A stretch of 64,000 bases of DNA from Anaeromyxobacter sp. (GCA_049840735.1 JASGJN010000026.1:448001-512000), one strand, 5' to 3'. Shown: positions 32,602 through 43,243, counted from the first letter of the stretch. Notes: generated by a model from the sequence alone, not told the origin. Translations and numbers: made by a program.

Positions 32602-33315
32602 ATGTCGAGCCTCGTGGAGCTGCTTCAGTCGATGGGCGCGTTCGTGGCGGGCCTGGCCGGCCGGGCCGGCGTGTTCCTCCTGGCCACGCTGCTGGTGCTG
32701 CTCCCGGCGGTGATCCTGGCCCTCGCGTGGCGGGGGATGCAGCGGCGGCGCTCCCAGGAGGTGGCGGCGCGCGCCGGCAGCTTCGCCTGGCGCCGCGGCG
32801 CCTTCCACGCGCCCAACCACACCTGGCTGGCGCAGCGCGCGCCGGGCGAGCTGGCGGTGGGCATCGACGACCTGGCCCGCGAGCTCCTGCCCTCGGTCAC
32901 CGCCGTGGAGCTGCCGCGGCCGGGCGTGATCGTGCGGCGCGGCCAGCCGGCGGCGGTGCTCTTCGCCGGCGCGCGCGCCATCCCCATCGAGTCGCCGGTG
33001 TCCGGGATGGTGGTCCGGCCCAACGCCGGCGTGGCCGGCGACCCGGCGCTGGTGCGGCGCGAGCCCTACGGCGCCGGCTGGCTCTTCTCGGTGGCGCCGG
33101 CCGACGCCGGCTACAAGGCCTTCCCGGCCGAGGAGGGCGCCGAGGCCTGGATGGCGGCCGAGGCGCGCCGCCTGGCGGCGATGCTGGAGACGCAGCTGGG
33201 CGTGGCCGCCGCCGACGGCGGCCCGCTCCCGCCGCCCAGCCCGTCCACGCTGGGTGACGAGGGCTGGGCGGAGCTGCTGCGCAGCTTCCTGCACGAGCCC
33301 GCGCCGAAGGGCTAG
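32602..33315 (+). CDS. Membrane-anchored glycine-cleavage-H-like protein lacking the lipoyl lysine
   Basis: N-terminal TM, H.W, VGIDD, SPVSG.V...N, EPYGAGWLF. The canonical ES.K site reads FAGARA. Confidence 0.75.
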   Translation: MSSLVELLQSMGAFVAGLAGRAGVFLLATLLVLLPAVILALAWRGMQRRRSQEVAARAGSFAWRRGAFHAPNHTWLAQRAPGELAVGIDDLARELLPSVTAVELPRPGVIVRRGQPAAVLFAGARAIPIESPVSGMVVRPNAGVAGDPALVRREPYGAGWLFSVAPADAGYKAFPAEEGAEAWMAAEARRLAAMLETQLGVAAADGGPLPPPSPSTLGDEGWAELLRSFLHEPAPKG

Positions 33316-33330
33316 CTGGGCTTCGCTGCG

Positions 33331-33392
33331 CCGTTCATCCTTCGACTCCGCGAGCCGGCCGCCGGACGGCTCGCTCCGCCCAGGACGAACGG
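33331..33392 (-). repeat. REP-like palindromic element between convergent genes
   Basis: Minus strand CCGTTCGTCCTGGGCGGAGCGAGCCG...CGGCTCGCGGAGTCGAAGGATGAACGG forms nested inverted repeats. Confidence 0.7.
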
Positions 33393-33417
33393 AGGTCCTT
33401 CCAGGGCGTCGCCTCCT

Positions 33418-35151
33418 TCAGAACGGCCAGCGCCCGAGCTCGAGCGCGTGCCCCGCGATGGCGCGGAGCACGCGGTCCTCGGCCGGGCGCTCCAGCCCGG
33501 CCAGGCTGGCCTCGACGCGCCGCCGCGCCTGCGCGGCCAGCGCCCGCAGGATCTCCCGCTCCGGCGCGGCCGCCTCCACCCCGTGGTCCTCCACGCGCGT
33601 GGAAACGCGCGCCAGCACCGCCGCCAGCGTGAAGAGCTCGATGAGCGCGTCGGCCACCCGCCGCATCACCAGCTGCTCCTCGGCGGCGCGCGGCCCCAGC
33701 CGGCGCAGCACCCGCTCCGCGCCCACCGCCAGCCCGCGCACGCCCTCCTCGAAGATCGCCGCCTCCGGCGCCAGCGCCGGGTGGAGCAGCCGCCACCGGC
33801 CGCGGTCGCGCCGGGCCGCCACCGCCAGCTCGGCGCGGTGCTGCGCCGTCCCGGAGAAGAGCCCCAGCCCGCGCAGCGCGCCGTCCAGCACCCCCTGCAG
33901 CCCGCGCCCGGCCTCCGGGAGCTGCGCCGCCACCCCGTCCAGCGCCGTGAGCGCCAGCGAGAGGCGCAGCACGTCGTTCGTGCCCTCCAGGATCCGGTGC
34001 AGCCGGCTGTCGCGCAGCAGCCGCTCCTGCGCCGAGCCGCGGAGGAAGCCGCGCCCGCCGGCGATTTGCATGGCCTCGTCGGCGGCGCGCCAGAGCGCCT
34101 CGGTGGCGAACACCTTGGCGATGGCCGCCTCCAGCTGCGTGTCCTCGAAGCCCTGGTCGATCAAGCCGGCCACCAGCTGCACCGCGCTCTCCGCCGCGTA
34201 GCAGTCCGCCACCAGGCCGGCCAGCTTCTGCTGCACCAGCCCGAAGGCGCCCAGCGGGCGCCCGAACTGCCGCCGCTCGGCGGCGTGGCGCAGCGACAGG
34301 TCGATGAGCCGCTTCATGCCGCCCACTGCCCCGCCGCCCAGCGCGGTGCGGCCGGCGTTGAGCACCTTCATGGCCAGGCGGAAGCCGTCGCCCACCTCGC
34401 CCAGCACCTGGTCGTCCGGCACCCACACCCGGCGCAGCCGCACCGCCGCGGTGGGCGCCGCCCGCAGCCCCAGGGTCTCCACGCGCGGCCCCAGCGCCAC
34501 GCCGGGCGCCTCGGTCGGCACCAGGAAGGCGGTGAGCGCGTGCGGGCCGCTGCCGGTCCGGGCGAAGACGGTGAGCAGCCCGGCCAGCTGGCCGTTGGCC
34601 ACCCAGGACTTCTCCCCGTCCAGCACCCAGCCGTCGCGCTCGCGCGTGGCGGAGGTCCGGACCGCGGCCGCGTCGGACCCCGCGCCCTCCTCGGTCAGGC
34701 AGAAGGCCGCCAGCCGCTCGCCGCGCGCCAGCGCCGGGAGCCAGCGCGCCCGCTGCGCCTCCGTGCCGAAGAGGAGCAGCGTCCGCAGCCCGGTGGAGCC
34801 GTGGGCGCCCACCGTCAGCGCGGTGGTGGCGTCGGCGCGCGCCAGCTCCTGCAGCACGCGCGCGTGGGCCGCCGCCCCCAGCCCCAGCCCGCCCAGGTGG
34901 CGCGGCACTGTCAGGCCGAAGAGCCCCAGCCCGCGCAGCTCGTCCAGGTAGGCCGCCGGGAGCGCGCCGGCCTCGTCCCAGGCGGCGTAGTCGCCGGCGT
35001 GGCGGGCCAGCACCGGCGCGAGCGAGGTGAGCAGCTGCTGCAGCCCATCCCGCTCGGCCTGGCGCGGCCCGGGGAAGGGGAGGAGGATCTCGTCCTCCAC
35101 CGCGCCGGTCACCATCGACCGGACGAAGCTCGCGGTCCGCCGCTCGAGCAC
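33418..35151 (-). CDS. Acyl-CoA dehydrogenase (long, ACAD9/VLCAD-like)
   Basis: AAFCLTEEGAGSDA, GEKSWVANG, R.QFGRPL..FGLVQ, MQIAGGRGF, RILEGTNDVLR, extended C-terminus. Confidence 0.9.
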   Translation of the reverse strand: MLERRTASFVRSMVTGAVEDEILLPFPGPRQAERDGLQQLLTSLAPVLARHAGDYAAWDEAGALPAAYLDELRGLGLFGLTVPRHLGGLGLGAAAHARVLQELARADATTALTVGAHGSTGLRTLLLFGTEAQRARWLPALARGERLAAFCLTEEGAGSDAAAVRTSATRERDGWVLDGEKSWVANGQLAGLLTVFARTGSGPHALTAFLVPTEAPGVALGPRVETLGLRAAPTAAVRLRRVWVPDDQVLGEVGDGFRLAMKVLNAGRTALGGGAVGGMKRLIDLSLRHAAERRQFGRPLGAFGLVQQKLAGLVADCYAAESAVQLVAGLIDQGFEDTQLEAAIAKVFATEALWRAADEAMQIAGGRGFLRGSAQERLLRDSRLHRILEGTNDVLRLSLALTALDGVAAQLPEAGRGLQGVLDGALRGLGLFSGTAQHRAELAVAARRDRGRWRLLHPALAPEAAIFEEGVRGLAVGAERVLRRLGPRAAEEQLVMRRVADALIELFTLAAVLARVSTRVEDHGVEAAAPEREILRALAAQARRRVEASLAGLERPAEDRVLRAIAGHALELGRWPF

Positions 35152-35284
35152 GCCGGGGCTCCTTGGAGTGAGCCCCTGGCGGGAGTGCCGGGCTCACCCC
35201 AGGAGTATAACGCGGTGCGGCATGAGGCGAAACGGGCCAGAATAGGACGGCGAAAACCGTCGGGACGCCGCCCGGTTCAGGCCC

Positions 35285-36691
35285 TCAGCGGCCGCCGGCG
35301 CTGTAGAGGTCGATGATCCGCTCCAGCGACTTGCGGCAGACGGCGCAGAACGGCACCGGGTTGCGGGTGAACATCACGCAGTCCATCTGCGGCCGGTAGA
35401 AGCCGGAGGCCTCGTAGTTGGCTCCCTCGAAGGCGCCCAGGTCTGTGGCGTGCTTCGCCTTCGAGAGCAGCGCCGACTCCTCCTCCAGCTGCGCCTGGAA
35501 GAGCGCGTCCATCTCCGCCTCGGGCCGGTTCTCGGCGCGGATGCGCTTGCGGCGCTCCTGGAACTCCTGTGCACGCTTGGTGAACAGGTCCTTGGGCCAG
35601 GGCGTGGGGAGCGGCGTGCCCGGCTTGACCAGCGCGCCCCACTTGGCCGCCTTCGGGTCGGCGGTCACGTTGGGCTCCCACGGCTCGGGGCGCCCCTGCG
35701 CCGGGAGGTAGGCGGTGTCGGAGGTGAAGTACTCGTCCGCCAGCGCCGCCAGGTGGTGCCCCAGCTCGTGCACGAAGATGTAGCTGGCCCAGCGGTTGTC
35801 GGCGGCCACGGTGGCGTAGAGGTTGAAGATGCCGCCGCCGCCGTAGGTCTCGCCGTTCACCAGGACGGCCAGCGCGTCGTAGGGCGCGAACGAGGCCACG
35901 TCGCGCAGCGAGCGGTTCTCGAAGGAGAGGATGTACCGCTCCGAGCCGAACGCGTCGTAGGTGGCCCCCACGCGGCTGCGCCGGTGCTGGCCGGTGAGCG
36001 GGCGGGAGACGCCCTTCTCCTCGCTGGGCGGGCAGAGCCCCCAGACGTTGAAGTCGGCCTTGCGCGACCTGAACGGCTCCTTGTCGAACAGCGCGGCGGT
36101 GAGCCGGCGCGCGTCGGCCTCGAACTTGGCCCGGTCCTTCTCGGTGTAGCCGTCGCCGATGAGGAGCAGGTCCAGCTTCTTCCGGGGGTCGCCGCTCTCG
36201 AGGATGGGGATGACCGGGCCGGGCGAGGAAGGCCGGGCGGTGTCCACCTCCTGATCGCGCGGGTCCACCACCAGCGACCAGACCTCGCGGAAGGCGTTGC
36301 CCTCGCCGCGCTTCTTCACCACCAGCTGGACCGGCCGCGCCGGCGCCGGGAAGCGGAGCGACTCGGAGAAGGTGCGCGAGACGCGGCGGGCCTCGTCGGT
36401 CGTCTCCCACTCGCCGTAGAGCGAGGCGTAGCCGCGCGAGTAGGTCACCTGGTTGGTGGCCAGATCGCGGACCTCGAAGAAGTACTTGCCCAGGTTTGTG
36501 TCGTCGAGCGGGCGCGCCGGGTTGCCCGGGAACGGCAGCGGCTCGAGCACCAGCCGGTCCACCGCGAACCGCTCCTCGGTGGCGGTGCCGGTGTGGAACA
36601 CGTCCACGCGGAAGGCCCGATCCGTGGCGGGCGCTGCAGCGGGCGCGGTGGGCGAGGCGGCCAGGGCGGTGGCGAGCAGGGCTGCGAGCAT
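35285..36691 (-). CDS. Secreted M64 (IgA peptidase-like) zinc metallopeptidase
   Basis: Signal peptide from ATG 36691, IGDGYT, YGGGGIFN, HELGH..ALADEY, GAFEGA.Y..YRP..DC.M..FC.VC. Confidence 0.85.
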   Translation of the reverse strand: MLAALLATALAASPTAPAAAPATDRAFRVDVFHTGTATEERFAVDRLVLEPLPFPGNPARPLDDTNLGKYFFEVRDLATNQVTYSRGYASLYGEWETTDEARRVSRTFSESLRFPAPARPVQLVVKKRGEGNAFREVWSLVVDPRDQEVDTARPSSPGPVIPILESGDPRKKLDLLLIGDGYTEKDRAKFEADARRLTAALFDKEPFRSRKADFNVWGLCPPSEEKGVSRPLTGQHRRSRVGATYDAFGSERYILSFENRSLRDVASFAPYDALAVLVNGETYGGGGIFNLYATVAADNRWASYIFVHELGHHLAALADEYFTSDTAYLPAQGRPEPWEPNVTADPKAAKWGALVKPGTPLPTPWPKDLFTKRAQEFQERRKRIRAENRPEAEMDALFQAQLEEESALLSKAKHATDLGAFEGANYEASGFYRPQMDCVMFTRNPVPFCAVCRKSLERIIDLYSAGGR

Positions 36692-36863
36692 GGGGGCGGA
36701 GTCTAAGGGGTCAGCGGCTTCGGGCTGCAGGAAAGAGAGGCCCCGCTTCGCGGTATGGCCATGTCGGCCGGGGTCGCAGACACCCATCGACGGCCGCCCA
36801 TCGGGGACCACCCGATCGTCCAAGGGGTTGCGCTCCGGGCCGATCGCTGTCTACTTAAGGGCC

Positions 36864-37055
36864 ATGACTCCCGGGAACGAAAGCCCACCCCGGGGCTTCT
36901 CGAAGCTGGAAGCGCTCCTCGAGTTCCGGCCGTGGATGCTGGCGCTGGCGGTGTTCCTCGCCTGCGCGATCGGCGTCGCGCTGATGGAGCGGTTCCGCGA
37001 CGCGCCGCCCACGCTCTACGCGCAGGCCACGCCGCCTGCGCAGACGCACCGGTAG
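36864..37055 (+). CDS. Small single-TM hypothetical protein (63 aa)
   Basis: ATG 36864, one hydrophobic segment, GC3-biased codons, divergent from the M64 gene. Confidence 0.5.
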   Translation: MTPGNESPPRGFSKLEALLEFRPWMLALAVFLACAIGVALMERFRDAPPTLYAQATPPAQTHR

Positions 37056-37171
37056 CGCCCCCGCTCCTCGACGGTCGGGCCATCGTCACCGAGCCGACAC
37101 GCAGGCGTCACGGTTCTGCCCGGCTCCGCCGCTACGGTGCAGGGGTCCCACCCTGTCCAGACGAGCGCGCC

Positions 37172-37378
37172 ATGATCGCCCAGAGGGAAACGTTCTACCG
37201 CTGCACCTTCTCCTCCCCCACCGCGCAGGTCACCGCGCACGTGCGCGCCTGGGACGTGGACGAGGCGGTCCAGCTCTTCCGCACCGAGCTCGAGACCGAC
37301 GGCGTCGAGGAGCGCGGGACCATCGACGTCTCGCAGCTCGACGGCCGCGACCACCACCGCGCCAGCTACCGGCCCTGA
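37172..37378 (+). CDS. Small hypothetical protein (68 aa)
   Basis: MIAQRETFYRCTF... with strong GC3 codon bias and globular composition. Confidence 0.6.
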   Translation: MIAQRETFYRCTFSSPTAQVTAHVRAWDVDEAVQLFRTELETDGVEERGTIDVSQLDGRDHHRASYRP

Positions 37379-38511
37379 TCGGCCGGGCCGGCCCCCGCCG
37401 CCCCGTCCATGGGCCGGACCGGATCGTCCACCAGCCGGCAGGCCTCCGCGTCGCCGCCCTGGCAGCCGCGCTGCAGCAGCGCGCGCGCCGCGGCCTCGTC
37501 CTCCGGCACGCCGGCGCCGAACCGGTGCAGCACGCCCAGCCCGGTGCAGCCCTCCGCGGCCCCGGCGTCGCAGGCCTGGCGGTAGAGCGCCGCCGCGCGC
37601 GCGCCGTCGCCGGGCACCGCCACGCCCTCCTGGTAGAGCCGCCCCAGCTTCGCGCAGGCCGGCCCGTCGCCGGCCTGACACGCCGCCTCCAGCAGCGCCG
37701 GCGAGGGCGACCTCCCCAGCGCCGCGCCCGGTCCGCCCAGGTGCGCGCGGGCCGCCGCCACGCACTCCGCGGCCGGCAGCGCCGGGCAGTGCTCGCGCAG
37801 CAGCCTGAGCCCCTCCGGCAGGTCCTCGTCGCCCACCGCGATGAGCCCCAGCCCGAGCAGCGCGCAGGCCTCGCCGCCGCCCAGCTCGCAGCCGCGCTCC
37901 AGCAGCGCGCGGGCCAGCGCCGGATCCCGCTTCAGGTGCTGCCGCGCGGCGCCGGCGCAGCCGGCGGCGGAGTGGAGCGCGCAGGCGCGGTCGAGCAGCC
38001 CGGTGCGCCGGGCCTCGGGCAGCGCCGTGGCGGTGGCCACGCAGGCGTCGCCGTCGCCCAGGTCGCAGGCGCGGGTGCGCAGCCGGGCGGCGCGGGCCGG
38101 GTCGGCCTCGGCGGCGGAGCGCTGGGCGCAGGCGCTGGCCGAGCCGGCGGCGCAGCCCTCCTCGAGCAGCGAGCGGGCGCGGGCGGGATCGGCCGGGGCC
38201 ACCAGCCCCGCCAAGCGCGTGCAGCCCTCCGGCAGCCCCGCGCTGCAGGTCCGCTCGTAGAGCCGCTGCGCGCGCGCCAGGTCGGCCGGGGCGCCGGCGG
38301 TGCCGGCCTCCAGCACCCGGCCCAGGAACAGGCAGGCGTGGCGACGCCCCGCGTCGCAGGAGTCCGCCAGGGCCTCGGCGCAGGCGGCGGGCGTGCGCGG
38401 GCCGTCGTCGCGGGCCACCAGCGCGGCGTACAGCTCGCACGGCGAGGGCGGGGGAGCGGCGGCGAGGAGCGCGGCAGCGGCGAGGGCCAGCACCCGCTCC
38501 AAGAACCACAT
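37366..38511 (-). CDS. Secreted Sel1-like (Cys-rich, Hcp-type) repeat protein
   Basis: Signal peptide followed by repeated (A/G)C..G...(A/G)C..LG motifs and D...A..LY..AC. Confidence 0.8.
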   Translation of the reverse strand: MWFLERVLALAAAALLAAAPPPSPCELYAALVARDDGPRTPAACAEALADSCDAGRRHACLFLGRVLEAGTAGAPADLARAQRLYERTCSAGLPEGCTRLAGLVAPADPARARSLLEEGCAAGSASACAQRSAAEADPARAARLRTRACDLGDGDACVATATALPEARRTGLLDRACALHSAAGCAGAARQHLKRDPALARALLERGCELGGGEACALLGLGLIAVGDEDLPEGLRLLREHCPALPAAECVAAARAHLGGPGAALGRSPSPALLEAACQAGDGPACAKLGRLYQEGVAVPGDGARAAALYRQACDAGAAEGCTGLGVLHRFGAGVPEDEAAARALLQRGCQGGDAEACRLVDDPVRPMDGAAGAGPADQGR

Positions 38512-38536
38512 CCCGGGCGCCGGGGGAAGGATCCGC

Positions 38537-39199
38537 TCAGCCCGGCGCGAAGCAGCGGTCCAGCAGCTCCGCCAGCATGCGCCCGGTGAGCCCCCACACC
38601 ACCCGCGCCTCGTCGGCGTGGAAGGACCAGATGCGCAGGTGGCCGGTCTCGCCGTCCACGTCCTCCAGGTCCACCCGCGCCTCGCGCAGCGCGGCGGCGA
38701 GCTCCGGCGGGAGCCGGCCCGGATCCCAGAGCGTGGCGCGCCGGACCGCCGGATCGAGCAGGCGGGCCAGCGGCAGCTCGAAGGCCTCCTCCACCTCCCC
38801 GTCCGCCGCCGTGAAGGCCGCAGGCGGCGAGGCCACCGCGGCCACCACCGGCGTGACCACGAAGCGGGCCACGCTCACCACGTCGTCCAGCCGGCCCAGG
38901 CAGCGCACGGCCCCGGGGGCGAGGCCGATCTCCTCGCGCGCCTCGCGCAGCGCGCCCGCCTCCGGCGCCTCGCCCGGCGCCAGGCCGCCGCCCGGGAAGC
39001 TGATCTCGCCGCGGTGGTGGGGCAGCGCCAGAGAGCGGCGCGTGAAGAGCAGCGCCGGCCCCGCGGGGCGGGAGAGCAGCGGCACCAGCACCGCGGCGCG
39101 GCGGAAGCCCTCCACCGCCAGGGCGCGGGGCGGCCGGGCCGCCAGCGCGGCCTCCACGCGGGCCACGGCGGCCTCGAAGGTGGGGGCAGGCGGGGGCAC
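38537..39199 (-). CDS. Nudix CoA pyrophosphatase (NudL/Pcd1-like)
   Basis: AAVLVPL, FTRRS..L.HH.GEISFPGG, ALREAREEIGL, VWGLTG. Confidence 0.88.
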   Translation of the reverse strand: MPPPAPTFEAAVARVEAALAARPPRALAVEGFRRAAVLVPLLSRPAGPALLFTRRSLALPHHRGEISFPGGGLAPGEAPEAGALREAREEIGLAPGAVRCLGRLDDVVSVARFVVTPVVAAVASPPAAFTAADGEVEEAFELPLARLLDPAVRRATLWDPGRLPPELAAALREARVDLEDVDGETGHLRIWSFHADEARVVWGLTGRMLAELLDRCFAPG

Positions 39200-39300
39200 G
39201 CCGGTGATCTAACCAGGCGCCCCGTCCGGAACACGCGGCGTGGTGTCTCGCAGCGCCCGGTCCAGTTGACCCACCCCTCCGGATCCGCCAAAAACATCGG

Positions 39301-40980
39301 ATGCGCAGCGACAGGATCAAGAAGGGCTTCGAGCGGGCGCCCCACCGCAGCCTCCTCCGCGCCACCGGCCTCACCGACGCCGACTTCGACAAGCCGTTCA
39401 TCGGCATCGCCAACAGCCACGTCGACATCATCCCCGGCCACTTCTTCCTGGCCGAGTACGGCCGGATCGCCAAGGACGAGATCCGCAAGGCCGGCGGCGT
39501 GCCCTTCGAGTTCAACACCATCGGCGTGGACGACGGCATCGCCATGGGCCACGAGGGCATGCGCTACAGCCTGCCCTCGCGCGAGCTCATCGCCGACTCG
39601 CTCGAGACGATGATGAACGCGCACTGCCTCGACGCGCTGGTGTGCATCCCCAACTGCGACAAGATCGTGCCCGGCATGCTCATGGGCGCGCTGCGCGTGG
39701 ACGTGCCCACCGTGTTCGTCTCCGGCGGCCCCATGAAGGCGGGCCAGCTCTCCGACGGCACCGCCATCGACCTCGCCACCGCCTTCGAGGCCGTCGCCAA
39801 GCGCTCGCGCGGGGAGATGACCGACGCCGAGCTGTACGAGATCGAGTGCAAGGCCTGCCCGTCCGGCGGCTCCTGCTCGGGCATGTTCACCGCCAACTCG
39901 ATGAACGTGCTCTGTGAGGCCATGGGCGTGGCGCTCCCCGGCAACGGCACCATCCTGGCGCTCACCCCCGAGCGCGAGGCGCTGGTCCGCGCCGCCGCCC
40001 GCCGCGCCGTGGAGATCGCCGGCGACGAGCGGTTCCGCATGCGCCGGGTGGTGACCGCCGACGCCATCCACAACGCGTTCGTGGTGGACATGGCCATGGG
40101 CGGCTCCACCAACACCGTGCTGCACATGCTGGCCATCGCGCGCGAGGCGGGGGTGCCCTACGGCCTGCGCGACATCGAGGCGGTGGCCGGGCAGGTGGCC
40201 CACATCGCCAAGATCGCCCCCTCGCTCTCCACCGTGCACATGGAGGACGTGCACCGCGCCGGCGGGGTGCCCGCGGTGCTGAACGAGGTCTCGAAGCGCG
40301 GCGGCGTGGTGCGGACCGAGGTCCTGACGGTGACCGGCCAGACCGTGGGCGAGCGGATCCGCGGCGCCCGCATCACCGACCCGGCCGTGATCCACCCGCT
40401 GGAGGAGGCCTACTCGCCGGTGGGCGGGCTGGCGGTGCTCTTCGGCAACCTGGCCTCGGAGGGCGCGGTGGTGAAGACCGCCGGCATCCAGCCCTCCATG
40501 CGCAGGTTCACCGGCAAGGCCATCTGCTTCGACTCGCAGGACGAGGCGGTGGCCGGGATCATGGCCGGCAAGGTCCAGGCCGGCCACTTCGTGGTGATCC
40601 GCTACGAGGGGCCCAAGGGCGGCCCGGGCATGCAGGAGATGCTCTCGCCCACCGCGCTCATCATGGGCATGGGGCTGGGCGAGAAGGTGGCGCTGGTCAC
40701 CGACGGCCGCTTCTCCGGCGCCACCCGCGGCGCCTGCGTCGGCCACGTCTCGCCCGAGGCGGCCGAGGGCGGCGTGATCGGCCTGGTGCAGGACGGCGAC
40801 GCCATCACCATCGACGTGGAGAGGCGCGCGCTCACGCTGGACGTGCCGGACGTGGAGCTGGCGGCCCGGCGCGAGCGCTGGAGGCCGGTGCGCCGGCAGG
40901 TCGGCTCCTCCTGGCTGCGCCGCTATGCACACCTGGTGACCAACGCGTCGGCGGGGGCGGTGCTGCGGTCGGATCTCTAG
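39301..40980 (+). CDS. ilvD: Dihydroxy-acid dehydratase
   Basis: [53 protein letters not shown]. Confidence 0.97.
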   Translation: MRSDRIKKGFERAPHRSLLRATGLTDADFDKPFIGIANSHVDIIPGHFFLAEYGRIAKDEIRKAGGVPFEFNTIGVDDGIAMGHEGMRYSLPSRELIADSLETMMNAHCLDALVCIPNCDKIVPGMLMGALRVDVPTVFVSGGPMKAGQLSDGTAIDLATAFEAVAKRSRGEMTDAELYEIECKACPSGGSCSGMFTANSMNVLCEAMGVALPGNGTILALTPEREALVRAAARRAVEIAGDERFRMRRVVTADAIHNAFVVDMAMGGSTNTVLHMLAIAREAGVPYGLRDIEAVAGQVAHIAKIAPSLSTVHMEDVHRAGGVPAVLNEVSKRGGVVRTEVLTVTGQTVGERIRGARITDPAVIHPLEEAYSPVGGLAVLFGNLASEGAVVKTAGIQPSMRRFTGKAICFDSQDEAVAGIMAGKVQAGHFVVIRYEGPKGGPGMQEMLSPTALIMGMGLGEKVALVTDGRFSGATRGACVGHVSPEAAEGGVIGLVQDGDAITIDVERRALTLDVPDVELAARRERWRPVRRQVGSSWLRRYAHLVTNASAGAVLRSDL

Positions 40981-41046
40981 CGCTGCAGGTTGACCTCCGG
41001 GATCTCCCGGGGTGAGATGGGCGCCTTCTCCAACCCCGGGGTTCCC

Positions 41047-41823
41047 ATGTCCGAGCCGCTCCTCGCCCACCCGCCGCCGCTGCAGACCGCGCCCTTCACC
41101 GTCGGTGGCGCCATCTCCACCACGTTCGCGGTCTGGGCCAGGAACCTCGTCCCCTTCACCCTGCTCACGCTGGCGCTCGAGGCTCCGGTCTACCTGCTGA
41201 CCTGGCTGGCGCAGGACGGGGGCAGCGGTGCCCAGCGCGCCGTCCAGTTCCTGGGCCAGCTGGTCAGCCTGGTGGTCACCGCCGCGCTCACCTACGGCGT
41301 GCTGCGCAGCCTGGCGGGTGAGCGGGTCGAGCTCGGCCGGCTCTTCTCGGTCGGCCTCAGCCGCTTCGGGGCGGTCCTGGGGACCTCGATCCTGGTCGGC
41401 CTGGCGGTCATCGTCGGCCTGATCCTGCTGATCGTGCCCGGCATCATCGTCGGCGTGGGCCTCTCGGTGGCGCTGCCGGCGCTGCTGGCGGAGAAGGACC
41501 TCGGCGCCACCGCCGCGCTGAGCCGCTCCTGGGAGCTCACCAAGGGGCGCAGGTGGGAGGTCTTCGCCGTGCTGCTGGTGATCGGCCTGGTCATGCTGGT
41601 GGGCGTCCTCGTGCTCGGCGGCGTCATCGGGCTGGCCGTGGGGGTCACGGCCGGGCTGGGCGGTGACGGGACCGGGTTCGTGGCGCTGGTGGGCATCGCG
41701 GTGGGGGTGATCTCCGCGCCCCTGACCGCGCTCTACGCCTGCGCGCCGGCGGTCCTCTACCGCGACCTGCGCGTGCAGAAGGAAGGCGTGGACACGGCCA
41801 GCCTGGCGGCGGTGTTCGAGTAG
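41047..41823 (+). CDS. Multi-pass membrane protein of unknown function
   Basis: About 5 TM segments, LLIVPGI, AL.RSWELTKG, YRDLR..KEG. Family not pinned down. Confidence 0.75.
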   Translation: MSEPLLAHPPPLQTAPFTVGGAISTTFAVWARNLVPFTLLTLALEAPVYLLTWLAQDGGSGAQRAVQFLGQLVSLVVTAALTYGVLRSLAGERVELGRLFSVGLSRFGAVLGTSILVGLAVIVGLILLIVPGIIVGVGLSVALPALLAEKDLGATAALSRSWELTKGRRWEVFAVLLVIGLVMLVGVLVLGGVIGLAVGVTAGLGGDGTGFVALVGIAVGVISAPLTALYACAPAVLYRDLRVQKEGVDTASLAAVFE

Positions 41824-41859
41824 CGCTCCGCGGGGCGGGCTGCGGCCTCGGCCGTGGCC

Positions 41860-43134
41860 TCAGCCCGCCCGCTCCCACGCGGCCGCGAAGAAGCCGTCCG
41901 TCCCGTGCCGGTGCGGCCAGGTCCGCACGAAGCCCTCGGCGGTGAGCACGGCCGGATCGAGCGCCGGGACCACGCGCCGGAAGCCGCGGTGGGCGGCCTC
42001 GAAGGCCAGCGCCACCGCCTCGTCCTCCTCGCGCCGGAAGGTGCAGGTGGCGTAGACCAGCCGGCCTCCGGGGCGCACGTGGCCGGCCGCGCGCGCGAGG
42101 ATCTCCAGCTGCAGCGCCGGCAGCGGCGCGAAGCGGGCCGGGTCGAGCCGCCAGCGCAGGTCCGGCCCGCGCCGCAGCGCGCCCAGCTCGGAGCAGGGCG
42201 CGTCCACCAGCACGCGGTCGGCCCGGAGTCCGGGCGGCGCCTCGGCGCCGTGCACCCGCACGATCCCCGCCGCGCCGGCCCGCTCGGCCCGCGCGCGCAG
42301 CCGGACCAGCCGCTCAGGATCCGGATCGGCCGCGTGGACCGCCCCGGCGCTGCCCACCTCGGCGGCCAGCAGCAGCGTCTTGCCGCCGGGGCCGGCGCAG
42401 GCGTCCAGCACCACCTCGCCCGGCCGCGCCTCCACGGCGGCGCCGAGCAGCTGGCTGCCCTCGTCCTGCACCTCGAAGTGCCCGTCGCGGAAGGCGGGCA
42501 GGCCGTAGACGTTGGGGCGCGGGTGGACCGAGAGGAGCGCGTGCGGCGCCAGCGCGGCGGCGCGTGTGGGGACGCCCTCCCAGGCCAGGCGCGCTGCCAG
42601 CGCCGGGCGCGTGGTGCGCAGCAGGTTGGCGCGCAGGAAGACCGGCCCGGGGAGGTCCAGCGCGTCGGCCAGCGCCGCGGCCTCCGGGCCGGCCGCGCCG
42701 CGCAGCTCGTCGGCGAGCCAGTCCGGGAGCGAGAAGCGGTCCGCCAGCCCCGGCGGCGGCGGGACCGGCGGCGGCAGCGCGTCCGGCGGCAGGGCCGTCA
42801 GGGCCGCGGCGTCGGCCCGCCCGCCCAGGTCGCGCGCCAGCGCCGCCAGCAGCAGCCGCGGCGGCGCGTCCGGCGCGCCCAGCTGCGTCCGCAGCCGGCG
42901 GCGCCACAGCCCCACGCCGAAGATGGCCTCGGCCGCCGCGGCGCGGCTGGGGGCGCGCAGCTCGCGGTGGGCGCGCAGGAAGCGATCCAGCACCCGTTCC
43001 CCCGGGGCGCCGGCGAGCACCTCCGCCAGCGGGCCGTCCAGCGCCGGCGCCAGCCCTGCCAGCGCCTCCCAGGGCACGCCCTGCAGGCGCGCCTCCGACG
43101 GGGACGCCGGCGTGGTCTGTGCGTCCAGCGCCAT
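41860..43134 (-). CDS. RsmB/NOP2-family RNA m5C methyltransferase
   Basis: QDEGSQL, DACAGPGGKT, DAPCS.LG, LVYATC, GTDGFF. Confidence 0.9.
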   Translation of the reverse strand: MALDAQTTPASPSEARLQGVPWEALAGLAPALDGPLAEVLAGAPGERVLDRFLRAHRELRAPSRAAAAEAIFGVGLWRRRLRTQLGAPDAPPRLLLAALARDLGGRADAAALTALPPDALPPPVPPPPGLADRFSLPDWLADELRGAAGPEAAALADALDLPGPVFLRANLLRTTRPALAARLAWEGVPTRAAALAPHALLSVHPRPNVYGLPAFRDGHFEVQDEGSQLLGAAVEARPGEVVLDACAGPGGKTLLLAAEVGSAGAVHAADPDPERLVRLRARAERAGAAGIVRVHGAEAPPGLRADRVLVDAPCSELGALRRGPDLRWRLDPARFAPLPALQLEILARAAGHVRPGGRLVYATCTFRREEDEAVALAFEAAHRGFRRVVPALDPAVLTAEGFVRTWPHRHGTDGFFAAAWERAG

Positions 43135-43243
43135 CGGACGAGGATAGCGCAGCGGGCGCGGCCGGCGTGGGTCCCGATGCCGCGCGGCGCGGCGGCCGGC
43201 CCGGTCTTCCGCTACACTCCAGGGGTGATGGCCTTCCTGAAGA

